DNA of 64,000 bases from Chloroflexota bacterium (GTDB lineage Bacteria > Chloroflexota > Anaerolineae > Caldilineales > Caldilineaceae). The stretch's first letter is position 1. Every line of letters begins with the position of its first letter. This document shows positions 1 through 10,629 of the stretch, piece after piece. Made by a program: the position numbers and the translations under genes. The stretch spans positions 67,531-131,530 of the forward strand of contig DMDA01000101.1 of the NCBI GenBank assembly GCA_003451595.1. Direction: 5' to 3'. Under the pieces are notes generated by a model, which was not told the origin of the DNA, ran no database searches, and was given only the letters and a program-made list of their open reading frames with translations.

Positions 1-924
1 CTTGACCAATTCTGCGATCTCTACGAGCCGGGCGCGCAGATTGGCCGCGTCACCGCCGAGGCAGCGCGGTCTACAGGACTGCCGACGGGCTTGCCGGTGA
101 TTGCTGGCGCGGGCGACGGTCATTGCGCCGGGTTGGGGGCCAATGCCACCACACCGGGACGCGCCTACCTGAACCTGGGCACAGCCGTAGTCAGTGGTGT
201 GATCAGCGCCGACTATCCGTGTGACCGCGCCTTTCGCACCTTGATTGCGCCGGTGCCTGGCTACTACTTTGCCGAGCATGTCCTGCGCGGCGGCGTCTTC
301 ACGATCGGTTGGTTTGTGGAGCGCTTCGCCAGTGACCTGCGCAACACCTGGCTGCCTCTTAGCCCGGAAGAGTTGCTGGAGGCGGCGGCAGCCAAACTTT
401 CACCCGGCGCCGGCGGCTTGATGCTGGTGCCCTACTGGAACAATGTCATGAACCCGTATTGGGACCCGGCGGCATCCGGCATCGTCATCGGCTGGACGGG
501 CGCCCATGGGCGCGAGCACCTCTATCGCGCCATCCTGGAAGGCATCGCCTACGAGCAGCGGCTAGTCGGCGACGCCATGATGACCGCTGTTGGGCAACGC
601 TTCAGTGAGTACATCACGATGGGCGGCGGCAGTCGCAGCAAGCTGTGGTGCCAGATCATGGCGGACGTGACCGGCGTGCCGGTGCTGCGTTCGACCAGCA
701 CCGAGGCGACCTGCCTGGGCGCTGGCATCCTGGCTGCAACAGCGGTCGGCTGGTATGCGGATGTGCAGACTGCGGCGGAAGCCATGACCGCCACCGCCGA
801 ACGCTTTACGCCGCAGCCGGAGACCCAGGCGCGCTATGATCAGCTCTATCGCGAGGTCTACCAGCCGCTCTTCCCTACCGTGCAACCGCTGGTGGACCGT
901 CTGACCGCCTTGACTCAAGCCTAG
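1..924 (+). CDS. FGGY-family carbohydrate kinase, C-terminal part (5' end lies outside the window)
   Basis: Frame 1 is open from nt 1; the track starts it at an internal TTG at 91. The translation looks like an FGGY C-terminal domain (GGGSRSKLWCQIMADVTGVPV, TCLGAGILAA). It is the first gene of a sugar/polyol cluster. Confidence 0.8.
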   Translation, partial: LDQFCDLYEPGAQIGRVTAEAARSTGLPTGLPVIAGAGDGHCAGLGANATTPGRAYLNLGTAVVSGVISADYPCDRAFRTLIAPVPGYYFAEHVLRGGVFTIGWFVERFASDLRNTWLPLSPEELLEAAAAKLSPGAGGLMLVPYWNNVMNPYWDPAASGIVIGWTGAHGREHLYRAILEGIAYEQRLVGDAMMTAVGQRFSEYITMGGGSRSKLWCQIMADVTGVPVLRSTSTEATCLGAGILAATAVGWYADVQTAAEAMTATAERFTPQPETQARYDQLYREVYQPLFPTVQPLVDRLTALTQA

Positions 925-948
925 CCATGCCTGGCGCCTATCAATCTT

Positions 949-1041
949 ATGTCGAGTGACTTTTGCGTCGAGTAATTTTGCGTCGGGTAATTTTTATGTC
1001 GAGCAGCTTTTATGCCGAGTGACCTTATGCCGACCATGAAG
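949..1041. repeat. Degenerate 15-16 bp tandem repeat, about 6 copies (consensus rYGTCGAGyrAyTTTT)
   Basis: Read directly: atgtcgagtgactttt / gcgtcgagtaatttt / gcgtcgggtaattttt / atgtcgagcagctttt / atgccgagtgacctt / atgccgaccatgaag. It fills the kinase-dehydrogenase intergenic region and runs into the first possible start codons. Confidence 0.7.
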
Positions 1042-2055
1042 CAGCTACAGTCTCCGGCCACTGGCGTCATCGAAGTTATCGACGCCCCTGTGCCTGCACC
1101 CGGTGCAGGTGAAGTGCTGGTGCAGATGCGCTACTGCGGTGTGTGTGGCACCGACCTCATGAAGGTCTATACCGCCGATGTCGCCAGGCCGGTGCAGCTC
1201 GGCCATGAAGTGGTCGGCGTCGTCACGGCTGTCGGTGCGGGCGTCACACGGGTTGCCCCCGGGCAGCGCGTTGCCTTTGCGCACCATGTGCCGGATTACA
1301 GTTCACACTTCACCCGGCGCGGCAGTGCACCGATGGATGCTCTCTTCAAACACACGAACATAGACCCCGGCGGCTTTGCCGAATTTATCCGCGTGCCAGC
1401 GCTGCACGTACAGCATGTCATGCTGCCCTTGCCCGACGACTTGCCTGACCTGCGCGCTGTCTTCATGGAGCCACTGGCCTGTTGCCTGCGTGCGCTGGAT
1501 CGGATCACTGTAACCGAAGGCGACGCGGCGCTGATCGTGGGTGTGGGCGCGGTGGGACTGTTATTTGCGCCACTGCTCGCAGATCGCGCCGTGACAACCT
1601 TTGCCAGCGATGTACGAGCGGAGCGATTGGTGATGGCGCAGCAGTGGGGCGTCGCGCAGGGTTTTCTGGCGAGCGATGATGCGGCGGCGTCCGCCATGCA
1701 GGCAGCCACCGATGGGCGCGGCGTTGATCTCGTAATCCTGACGGTGCTGACCCAGGCGACGCTGGCGCTGGCGTTGGCGGCCGTGCGCGACGGTGGCGTG
1801 ATCCTGCTCTTTGGCGCCAAGCCGGCCACGCGCCTGCCAATCAACTGGTGGGATGTCTGGCGGCGCGAAATCAACCTTGTGAGCAGCTACTCGGCAACTC
1901 CCGATCTGTTCCCGCGTGCACTGGCAATTCTGCGGCGTCCCGGTTACACTTTAGAAAAGACAGTCAGCCATATTTTGAACTTGAATGATGGCGCACAAGC
2001 GTTTCAACTTGCACGTGAGGGATTGGCGTCGAAGGTGGTAATCACCCGTGAATAA
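1036..2055 (+). CDS. Zn-dependent alcohol/polyol dehydrogenase (MDR superfamily)
   Basis: Motifs GVCGTDL and GHEVVGVV, with a Rossmann-like GVGAVGLL. The track start at 1012 lies inside the tandem repeat; ATG 1036 (MKQLQ...) is the more plausible start. Confidence 0.8.
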   Translation: MKQLQSPATGVIEVIDAPVPAPGAGEVLVQMRYCGVCGTDLMKVYTADVARPVQLGHEVVGVVTAVGAGVTRVAPGQRVAFAHHVPDYSSHFTRRGSAPMDALFKHTNIDPGGFAEFIRVPALHVQHVMLPLPDDLPDLRAVFMEPLACCLRALDRITVTEGDAALIVGVGAVGLLFAPLLADRAVTTFASDVRAERLVMAQQWGVAQGFLASDDAAASAMQAATDGRGVDLVILTVLTQATLALALAAVRDGGVILLFGAKPATRLPINWWDVWRREINLVSSYSATPDLFPRALAILRRPGYTLEKTVSHILNLNDGAQAFQLAREGLASKVVITRE

Positions 2056-3109
2056 CCTTCTAAACTACAATACGGAAGACATCCGCGAAGAACGCACCGA
2101 CCTGCTGGTCACTGTGGCCAGTCTGTACTATCAGCTCGGCCAGAATCAACAACAGATCGCCGAGCGGCTCGAAATCTCGCGCTCTAGCGTCTCGCGCATG
2201 ATCAAGGAGGCGCGCGACCTCGGCATCGTTGAGATTCGTATCCATCGCCCGGTCAATCGTCATTACCTGTTGGAGCAGGCGCTGATCGACCGCTTTGGTC
2301 TCAGCGACGCCTACGTGCTGCTGAGCGGGCAGGATCAGCGTGAGGATGAGCTGCTGGCTGGGGTTGGACGGTTGGCTGCCAGCTATCTGGAACGCGTGAT
2401 CGCGCTGCTGCCCCCGGACGCCTGCATTGGCATCGCCTGGGGTACGGGTGTGCACGCGGCGGTCAATGCGCTGCCCGAAAACCGCACTCATCCGCTCGAC
2501 GTGGTGCAAATTCTTGGCAGCGTCGGTGCGCCAAACCCCACCATCGATGGCCCCGATCTGGCACGGCTGCTGGCGGGCAAGCTGGGCAGTCGCTATTTTG
2601 ACTTACACGCGCCGGTGCTGGTGGCACAGCCAGCGCTGCGCGACCTCCTTTTGGACGAGCCTTCGATGCGCGAGGGCTTGCAGCGCGCGCGCAGCGTAGC
2701 GCTCGCCATTACTGGCATCGGCACTGTGCAACCCGAAGCAGCCAGCTTCTTGCGCGCGGGCCATCTGACGCAAGACGATCTGGCCGAGTTGCGACGTCAG
2801 GGCGTGGTGGGTGAAACATGCGGACGCTTCTTCGATGCCCAGGGCCGCTTCGCCGACTATGAGATCAACGCTCGCGTCATCGGCATCGACCTGACCGACC
2901 TGCGTCGGGTGCCGCGTGTGATCGCGGTCGCGCGTGGGCTGCCCAAGGCGATGTCGATCTTGGGCGCACTGCGTGGGCGCTATCTCACCGTGCTCGCCAC
3001 AGATGATGTGACCGCTCAGGCTGTGCTCGAGCTGGCGGAGCCAGGAGTCACCAGTCACGAGTCGCCAGGCATGAGTCGCCAGTCACGAATGTTGACTCCC
3101 GACTCGTGA
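2048..3109 (+). CDS. SorC/DeoR-type sugar-binding transcriptional regulator
   Basis: N-terminal HTH (QQQIAERLEISRSSVSRMIKEARDLGIVEIRI) followed by a SorC-like sugar-phosphate-binding domain. It overlaps the previous gene by 8 nt. Confidence 0.8.
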   Translation: MNNLLNYNTEDIREERTDLLVTVASLYYQLGQNQQQIAERLEISRSSVSRMIKEARDLGIVEIRIHRPVNRHYLLEQALIDRFGLSDAYVLLSGQDQREDELLAGVGRLAASYLERVIALLPPDACIGIAWGTGVHAAVNALPENRTHPLDVVQILGSVGAPNPTIDGPDLARLLAGKLGSRYFDLHAPVLVAQPALRDLLLDEPSMREGLQRARSVALAITGIGTVQPEAASFLRAGHLTQDDLAELRRQGVVGETCGRFFDAQGRFADYEINARVIGIDLTDLRRVPRVIAVARGLPKAMSILGALRGRYLTVLATDDVTAQAVLELAEPGVTSHESPGMSRQSRMLTPDS

Positions 3110-3156
3110 CCTACAAATATCTATTAAAATCAAAACTTTGAGGCAAAGAAAATTGT

Positions 3157-4221
3157 ATGGCCAACATCGTTGTTTTGGGCGCCGGGGTGATGGGCAGTGC
3201 ATTTACAATGCCGCTGGCCGATAACGGTCACCGCGTGCACCTGGTCGGCACGCACCTGGACAGTGACATCATCGAGGAAATCCACGAGACGCACATGCAC
3301 CCGCGTCTGGGGTCGCGATTGCGCGCTGCGGTAGTTCCCTACACCTACGACCGCCTGGGCGAGGCCTTGCAGGGAGTGGAACTAGTCGTGGTGGGCGTCA
3401 ACTCGCTGGGCATCGATTGGGCCGGCGAAATGCTGCGCGACACGCTGCCGCCGGGAACACCCCTCCTCTTCCTGACCAAAGGCCTGTCTGGCGACGGCGA
3501 CCGACTGGAGTTACTGCCGCATCGTCTGCGCCGCCACCTGACGCCTGCACAACAGCGGAGTACGCCGCTGCTGGCCGTGGGCGGGCCATCCATTGCGGGC
3601 GAGCTTGCCGAGGAGCGCGACACCTGTGTCGTGGTCACCGGCGATGACGATGCGTTGACAAACCGGCTGGCGGCGATGCTGCGCACGCGCTACTATCATG
3701 TCTGGCCCTCGACCGACATGGTCGGCGTCGAAACGTGCGTGGCGCTCAAGAATCTGTACGCGCTGGCGGTCGGCTGCGTGGGTGGTCTGCTGACCAAAGC
3801 CGGTAAAGCCAGCAACGAGGCCGTGATGCACAACCTGGCGGCGGCGATCTTTGCGCAGGGATTGTGGGAGACGGCCTACATGGTCGATTTCATGGGCGGG
3901 CAGCGGCATAGCGTCTTCACCCTGCCCGGCGCTGGCGATCTCTACGTAACGAGCATGGGCGGTCGCAATAGCCGCATGGGGTCGTATCTGGGGCAGGGCA
4001 TCCCCTACTCGGTCGCCAAACGCGACTTCATGGCCGAGGTGACGATCGAAGGCGCACAACTGGCGCAAGCGATTGGACCGACCATCGAGACGTTGATGGC
4101 GCAGGGCAAGCTCGATCCGGTTGCACTGCCGCTGATGAAAAAAATGATCGATATCGTGACGCATGACGCCCCCGTTGAATTTCCATGGGATGCGTTCTTT
4201 GCCGGCGCCCTGGCACATTGA
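3157..4221 (+). CDS. NAD(P)-dependent glycerol-3-phosphate dehydrogenase-like oxidoreductase
   Basis: N-terminal Rossmann motif VVLGAGVMGSAF; length and layout fit the GpsA family. Confidence 0.65.
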   Translation: MANIVVLGAGVMGSAFTMPLADNGHRVHLVGTHLDSDIIEEIHETHMHPRLGSRLRAAVVPYTYDRLGEALQGVELVVVGVNSLGIDWAGEMLRDTLPPGTPLLFLTKGLSGDGDRLELLPHRLRRHLTPAQQRSTPLLAVGGPSIAGELAEERDTCVVVTGDDDALTNRLAAMLRTRYYHVWPSTDMVGVETCVALKNLYALAVGCVGGLLTKAGKASNEAVMHNLAAAIFAQGLWETAYMVDFMGGQRHSVFTLPGAGDLYVTSMGGRNSRMGSYLGQGIPYSVAKRDFMAEVTIEGAQLAQAIGPTIETLMAQGKLDPVALPLMKKMIDIVTHDAPVEFPWDAFFAGALAH

Positions 4222-4257
4222 TCAGGCGATCACAGGACACCGCCCCAAGGAGGAAGC

Positions 4258-5412
4258 ATGAAATTTGAGTTTGCCACAGCGCAACGCATCCTCTTCGGCG
4301 AAGGAACATTGAGCGAAATCGGTCCGGCCACCCGCAGCTTTGGGGTGCGAGCGCTGGTCGTCATTGGCGCCAACCCACAGCGGGCGGAGCGCCTGCTGAC
4401 ATTGCTGCAAGCTGCAGATGTGCAGCCAGCCCTCTTTAGCGTCAGTCATGAACCAACCGTCGCCGACGCCGTGGCCGGGGTTGCGGCGGCGCACAACACA
4501 GGCGCCGAAGTGATTGTCGCACTGGGCGGCGGCAGCGTCATCGATGCCGCCAAGGCCATCGCAGCGCTCGCCACCAATCCGGGTGACGTGTTCGACTACC
4601 TGGAGGTGATCGGCAAAGCGCAGCCACTAACCAAGCCCTCCTTGCCGGTGATCGCGATTCCCACCACCGCCGGCACAGGCAGCGAAGTGACGCGCAACGC
4701 TGTGCTCGCTTCACCAGAGCATCGCGTCAAGGTGAGCGTGCGCAGTCCATCCATGCTGCCACGGCTGGCGCTGGTCGATCCGGAGTTGACCTACAGCCTG
4801 CCTGCCGCCGTCACTGCCGCGACTGGAATGGATGCCTTGACGCAGCTGATCGAGCCATTTGTCTCCAGTCGCGCCAATCCGCTGACGGACGCCATCTGCC
4901 GTGAAGGGTTGCGTCAGGCCGCGCGTTCGCTGACTCGGGCGGTGCGTCATGGTCAAGACACTGCCGCGCGCCGCGACATGGCCTTTGCCAGCCTGTGCGG
5001 CGGGCTGGCGTTGGCAAATGCCGGGTTGGGCGCCGTACACGGCTTCGCCGGTCCATTCGGCGGCATGTATGGTGCGCCGCACGGCGCCGTCTGCGCAGCG
5101 CTGCTGCCAGAAGTTGTCGCCGTCAACGTGAAGGCGCTGCGCCAACGCGAGCCGGGCAGCATGGCGTTGATGCGCTACGCGGAACTGGCGCACCTGCTCA
5201 CGGGCAGCGCCGAGGCCACCATCGACGACGCCATCATCTGGCTGCGTGCGCTAGTCGCAGGGCTGGAGATTCCCCCGCTGTCGCATTATGGCTTTCACCG
5301 CGCCGACACGCCTGCGCTGGTGGAAAAAGCCCGCGTCGCATCCAGCATGAAGGCCAATCCGATTGTGTTGACCGATGCGGAATTGACGGCAATCGTGAAC
5401 GCTGCATACTGA
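4258..5412 (+). CDS. Iron-containing (group III) alcohol dehydrogenase
   Basis: Motifs GGGSVIDAAKAIA and PTTAGTGSEVT. RBS aaggagga lies upstream of the ATG. Confidence 0.85.
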   Translation: MKFEFATAQRILFGEGTLSEIGPATRSFGVRALVVIGANPQRAERLLTLLQAADVQPALFSVSHEPTVADAVAGVAAAHNTGAEVIVALGGGSVIDAAKAIAALATNPGDVFDYLEVIGKAQPLTKPSLPVIAIPTTAGTGSEVTRNAVLASPEHRVKVSVRSPSMLPRLALVDPELTYSLPAAVTAATGMDALTQLIEPFVSSRANPLTDAICREGLRQAARSLTRAVRHGQDTAARRDMAFASLCGGLALANAGLGAVHGFAGPFGGMYGAPHGAVCAALLPEVVAVNVKALRQREPGSMALMRYAELAHLLTGSAEATIDDAIIWLRALVAGLEIPPLSHYGFHRADTPALVEKARVASSMKANPIVLTDAELTAIVNAAY

Positions 5413-5420
5413 TAAAAAAA

Positions 5421-5467
5421 TCAGCTCAGCAACGACGCCACAAGTAGTGATGTCGTTGCTGAGCTGA
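5421..5467. terminator. Bidirectional stem-loop between convergent genes
   Basis: tcagctcagcaacgac (5421-5436) pairs perfectly with gtcgttgctgagctga (5452-5467) around a 15-nt loop. It is preceded by an A7 run. Confidence 0.6.
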
Positions 5468-5490
5468 AGGCAATGTGCGGCAACAGATGA

Positions 5491-7014
5491 TCAAACGTCT
5501 CTTTGCGCTAATTGCTGTGCTTGTTCGACGATAGCGGTGCGTTCAACGCGCGCCACTGGCCACTTCACGATCTCGGCAATTTCGGCAGGTGTATGGGCAG
5601 CCAGCTCAGCAAAGGTGCGGATGCCCGCTGCCTTGAGCCGCTGATCGAAAACAGGCCCGATGCCGTTGATGCGCGTGAAGTCATCTTCACCCGAAGACGT
5701 CGGGGTTGTCAGTACAGGCGAAGCTGCCACGACGTCGCCCCCTTCTGGTTCTAGCGCAACAGCTTCGTGCGTCACAGTTTCTGGCGCACGCTCTGCAATA
5801 GGTGACTCTGCAACAGGTGGTGTAGGCGTCGATGCTGTTGTGTCCTCAGTAGCCTCCGCAGTGACAGGCGTAGCAGCCGCAACGGGGGCCGCAGCCGATG
5901 GAGACGACTCTCCCAACTTCAGCACCTTGACCAGGAGCGTCCCCGCCCCCAACGCGCTGAAAATCAAGGCGCCCAGGAAGGCAAAGAAGCCAAAACAACC
6001 GCCAAGAATCCATAAGAATGCGATGACTGCTCCTGGCCCAGCAATGCCTATCGCCGTGCGCCAGGGTTGCGGCCAGACCGTCCCCAACCGTGCGGCAAAT
6101 CGGCGCCCTAATTCGTTGCCCACGATAGCAAAACCAACCAGGTTGACAGCCACCAACAGCAACCCAAGCAAGAACGCCGGTGGCCGGAAGCAGAACGTGA
6201 GCCACAGCAGCCCGATCAAGGCAAGCGCAAACATATTGAAGATCAGACCCGCCGCAAAGGCCAGCGCCGTGCGTTCAACCAGCAAACCGCGCATCTCTTC
6301 CATGAGCGCCGGGCGCCACTTCAGCAGGAGAATCGCTACAAGCACACTCACGCCCAACATGAGCAGCGCCGTGAAGACGCGCCCCAGCGCCGCCCAGAAC
6401 ACTTCGACGGGGGTGGGCGCAGGCGCAACCGGCGCCACAGGCGCAACCGGCAACGCACCGATCGGCGGCAACGCCGGCATATTGATCGCCGGGCCGCGCA
6501 ACAGGCTGCCTTCGACAACCGCGCCACGCTCCTGTTTGATCTCACCGCTGACAACGCTCACATCGCCACCAACCTCAGCCGACCGCCCCAGGTCGACATC
6601 GCCGCTCCAGGCTGTGATCGCACCGTTGACAGTGCCATCAACCTCAACACTGCCACTGAAAGCGGTAATGTCGCCCGCCACCAACCCACCTGCGTCAATT
6701 TCGATATCACCGCTGTAGACAACCAGGTTGCCGCGAATAGCGCCCCCACGCGCCACCGTCACATCACCCTGGTAGACTGCGACATCGCCCTCGATAGTCT
6801 CACCGTTGCGTACGGTCAGGTCGCTGTTGAAAAGTTGCTGTTGCGCCAGAGATGGTTGATCAGACGCCGCCTGCAACCCCGGTGCAAAAGCCATCAACAA
6901 CGAGAAGACTGTCACCGCGATCACAAGCAGCGGCCAGCTTCGCTTTGATGTAAACAATGTGGTAAAGCGCATAAGCATCCCTGTCAGAAGAGTTTGCAAT
7001 TGAACAAGATTCAT
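5491..7014 (-). CDS. Multi-pass membrane protein with bactofilin-like repeat region and C-terminal helix-hairpin-helix
   Basis: The N-terminal TM segment is followed by repeats of the type GDVxVxxGGxIxGxLVV, several TM helices, an Ala/Pro/Thr linker, and a C-terminal INGIGPVFDQRLKAAGIRTFAEL. Its start overlaps the anti-sigma stop as ATGA. Confidence 0.5.
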   Translation of the reverse strand: MNLVQLQTLLTGMLMRFTTLFTSKRSWPLLVIAVTVFSLLMAFAPGLQAASDQPSLAQQQLFNSDLTVRNGETIEGDVAVYQGDVTVARGGAIRGNLVVYSGDIEIDAGGLVAGDITAFSGSVEVDGTVNGAITAWSGDVDLGRSAEVGGDVSVVSGEIKQERGAVVEGSLLRGPAINMPALPPIGALPVAPVAPVAPAPTPVEVFWAALGRVFTALLMLGVSVLVAILLLKWRPALMEEMRGLLVERTALAFAAGLIFNMFALALIGLLWLTFCFRPPAFLLGLLLVAVNLVGFAIVGNELGRRFAARLGTVWPQPWRTAIGIAGPGAVIAFLWILGGCFGFFAFLGALIFSALGAGTLLVKVLKLGESSPSAAAPVAAATPVTAEATEDTTASTPTPPVAESPIAERAPETVTHEAVALEPEGGDVVAASPVLTTPTSSGEDDFTRINGIGPVFDQRLKAAGIRTFAELAAHTPAEIAEIVKWPVARVERTAIVEQAQQLAQRDV

Positions 7015-7598
7015 TCCACCGAAGCTGGCAACGCCTGCTCCTGGTGGGCGCTGCGGCGCAGCAACTGCACCCAGCCGACGACCAACATGATCAGCAACAA
7101 CACATAGAGACCACCAGCAACTTGCGCTTGAGGTGTGTCAATCAGCGCGTTCACGCTTTCGCCGAGGGTCGCCAACCAGAGATTGACGGAGGTGTAGGCC
7201 ATTGCCAGGGCGCGCACCTGACCGCCCACCCATTGTCCCTGGGTCAGAAAGACAAAGACGCCAATCCCCGTTGTCAACGCAAAGACCAGCGCTACTGCCA
7301 GCAAAGCCGCCGCCGAAGACAAGAGCAGCACGCGCTGTTGACGTTCCTTCTCCGCCTCAGCCATACGTAGCTCGAAGCGCTGCACAAAACCCGAAGGCGG
7401 CGTCACCGCTGGCGTAGCGGTGAACTCGCTGTCGATCCATTGCCAGGCGCGCCAGCTTTCCGCCAGGTCAGGATCGTCAGCCAGCCACGCCTCAAAGCGC
7501 ATCTGTTCGTCGTCATCTAGTTGGTCGTCGAGCGCCAGTGACATCAGCCAGTCGAATTCGGCTGCGGACGGCGCCGTGTGAACCGTTGGCTCACTCAT
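7011..7598 (-). CDS. Putative anti-sigma factor (single TM region)
   Basis: It lies immediately downstream of the ECF sigma gene. The N-terminus is acidic (EFDWLMSLALDDQLDDDEQ) and hydrophobic segments follow. RBS gaggtgag. Confidence 0.5.
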   Translation of the reverse strand: MSEPTVHTAPSAAEFDWLMSLALDDQLDDDEQMRFEAWLADDPDLAESWRAWQWIDSEFTATPAVTPPSGFVQRFELRMAEAEKERQQRVLLLSSAAALLAVALVFALTTGIGVFVFLTQGQWVGGQVRALAMAYTSVNLWLATLGESVNALIDTPQAQVAGGLYVLLLIMLVVGWVQLLRRSAHQEQALPASVE

Positions 7599-7614
7599 AC
7601 TCTCACCTCATTTC

Positions 7615-8265
7615 TCACAGCGCCGCCATTGCCAACCGCAACATCATCGGTTGGAGACGGCTGTGTTCCACCTGACGCGCAGGCGGGGCAGTGCGTGGCA
7701 ACGGCGGCGGCGTGACGCTTTCCTGCTCCTTGTAGATCGCGGCCAGCTGTTGGCGCGCCCGAAAGAGGCGGCTCTTGACCGTTGCGACCGTCACATTCAT
7801 GCTTTCGGCGATCTCTTCGTAGCTCAGGTCTTCCCAATAGCGCAACACCAGCGGTGTGCGATATTCGGGCGCCAGGCGGTCTAGCATATTCTGCACCTCG
7901 ATGCGCGCCTCTTGCTGCAACGCGTGACGCTCCGGGCGGGGGTCATCGCCCTCCAGATTCTGCAGCACCGGGTTGTCATCGATGGAAATCTGCGTTGTGC
8001 GCCGTTTGCGCAGCCGGTCGATACAATAGTGATTGGCAATCGAAAACAGCCAGGTCGAAAATTTCATCTCTGGATCATATTGACCGAGCCGGCTATAGGC
8101 GCGCAAAAACGCCTCCTGTGCGGCGTCCTCGGCTTCTTCCACACTCCCCAACATGCGGTAGGTCAAATTGAACACTGGGCGCTGATAAGCCTCGACAAGG
8201 CGACTGAATGCACTACGGTCGCCCCGCCGCGCTTGCTGCACCCATATCTGCTCCTGCTCATTCAT
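7615..8265 (-). CDS. ECF-type RNA polymerase sigma-70 factor
   Basis: Region 2 (FSRLVEAYQRPVFNLTYRML, DAAQEAFLRAY) and region 4 (LSYEEIAESMNVTVATVKSRLFRAR). The track start at 8328 is GTG; ATG 8265 (MNEQEQ) is preferred. Confidence 0.85.
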   Translation of the reverse strand: MNEQEQIWVQQARRGDRSAFSRLVEAYQRPVFNLTYRMLGSVEEAEDAAQEAFLRAYSRLGQYDPEMKFSTWLFSIANHYCIDRLRKRRTTQISIDDNPVLQNLEGDDPRPERHALQQEARIEVQNMLDRLAPEYRTPLVLRYWEDLSYEEIAESMNVTVATVKSRLFRARQQLAAIYKEQESVTPPPLPRTAPPARQVEHSRLQPMMLRLAMAAL

Positions 8266-8560
8266 ACCGACGAATCTCACTTCTCTTCTTGAGACCAGAT
8301 TGACCCGGCCCCATGCGCTGTCGCTCACACTACGCAGCTGCCGCCGAAAAGTTGCAGCCGTGGATAGTCAATTCGTCCTCCGCCAGTAAACCGGAAACAC
8401 ACGCCACTTTTGTTGCTCATCTTTGTAGTCAAGTATAATATGAATTGAATCAGACTAGGAATGGCGACAGGGGCGAAGAACCTTCGCCCCTGTCAGCGTC
8501 AGAAATGCGGGCAACCGACAGCTCTATCGGCGCCCCACGCATCCGGTGAAGGAATATTCC

Positions 8561-9663
8561 ATGCGACAAACATACCCATTTACCGCTATCGTAGGGCAGG
8601 AGCGCATGAAACGCGCCCTGATTCTTAACGCGATCAACCCACAGATCGGCGGCGTGTTGATTCGCGGCGAGCGCGGCACTGCCAAATCGACCGCTGCTCG
8701 CGCCCTAGCAGCCTTGCTGCCCGAACTCGAAGTAGTCCAGGGGTGCCGCTTCAACTGTGACCCGCAGCGGCCTGACCTCTTCTGTGACGAGTGTCGCGAC
8801 CGTCTGGAACAATTGGGCGCACTCCCGACCTCGCATGTCCCCACACCCTTCGTCGATCTACCGGTCAGCGCCACCGAAGATCGCGTCGTGGGCACGCTCG
8901 ACATCGAGAAGGCTATCCAGAAAGGCGAGCGCCACTTCGAACCGGGCATCCTGGCGGCTGCCAACCGAGGCGTGCTTTACGTCGATGAAGTTAACCTGCT
9001 CGACGATCACGTGGTCGATCTGCTGCTCGACAGCGCGGCGATGGGCGTCAACGTGGTGGAGCGTGAGGGCATCAGCTTCCAACATCCGGCGCGCTTCGTG
9101 CTTGTTGGCTCCATGAACCCGGAAGAAGGCGACCTGCGCCCGCAATTGCTGGATCGCTTTGCTCATGCCGTCGATGTCGTTGGCATCAGCGAGGCCAGCC
9201 AGCGCGTCGAGGTGTTGCGCCGTCGCGTCTTCTTCGAGCAAGACCCGGAGGCTTTCATCGCTGCCTACGACGAAACCGAACGCGCGATGTGTGATCGCAT
9301 CTTACAGGCCCGGCAGCGCTATCCACTGGTCAAGTACACTGAAAAGGATATGTACACGATCGCGGCGTTGACCGCCAGTTTCAAGGTCGACGGCCATCGC
9401 GCCGACATCGTGATCCTCAAGACCGCGCGCGCTCAGGCCGCCTATGATGGTCGCCTGCAGATCAACGACAAGGACATCCTGCTCGCCGCCGAGCTGGCGC
9501 TGCCACACCGTATGAAGAAGCAACCTTTCCAGGATTCGGTGCTCAACCCGGATCAGTTGCAATCGAATATGCGACAGGCACGCGCAGAAGCCGAGCAATC
9601 GGTCACCGATGAAGATCAACAGCAGGAAGGCGAAGGCAAGGGGACTGCAGACGAAAAAAAAGC

Positions 9664-9688
<25 letters not shown>
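8561..9688 (+). CDS. Mg-chelatase subunit I-like AAA+ protein (ChlI/BchI family) with atypical Walker A
   Basis: [38 protein letters not shown] and [20 protein letters not shown] are BchI-like. The Walker A reads GERGTAKST, with Ala where the Gly before Lys is expected. RBS gaagga lies before ATG 8561. Confidence 0.8.
9655..9661 (+). other. A AAA AAA heptamer (part of the A8 tract at 9654-9661): candidate -1 frameshift or indel site joining the ChlI-like and vWA ORFs
   Basis: Zero-frame codons are GAA AAA AAA GCA. A -1 slip continues AGC ATG GAG, which is the vWA ORF frame. That frame is open from 9613. Confidence 0.4.

Positions 9689-10621
<933 letters not shown>

Positions 10622-10629
<8 letters not shown>

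Noticed and set aside
5660-6718. 352-aa plus-strand ORF inside the membrane-protein gene
   Set aside because: The translation is Ser/Ala/Thr/Pro/Arg low-complexity. The minus-strand ORF has TM helices and repeats and is coupled to the anti-sigma gene.
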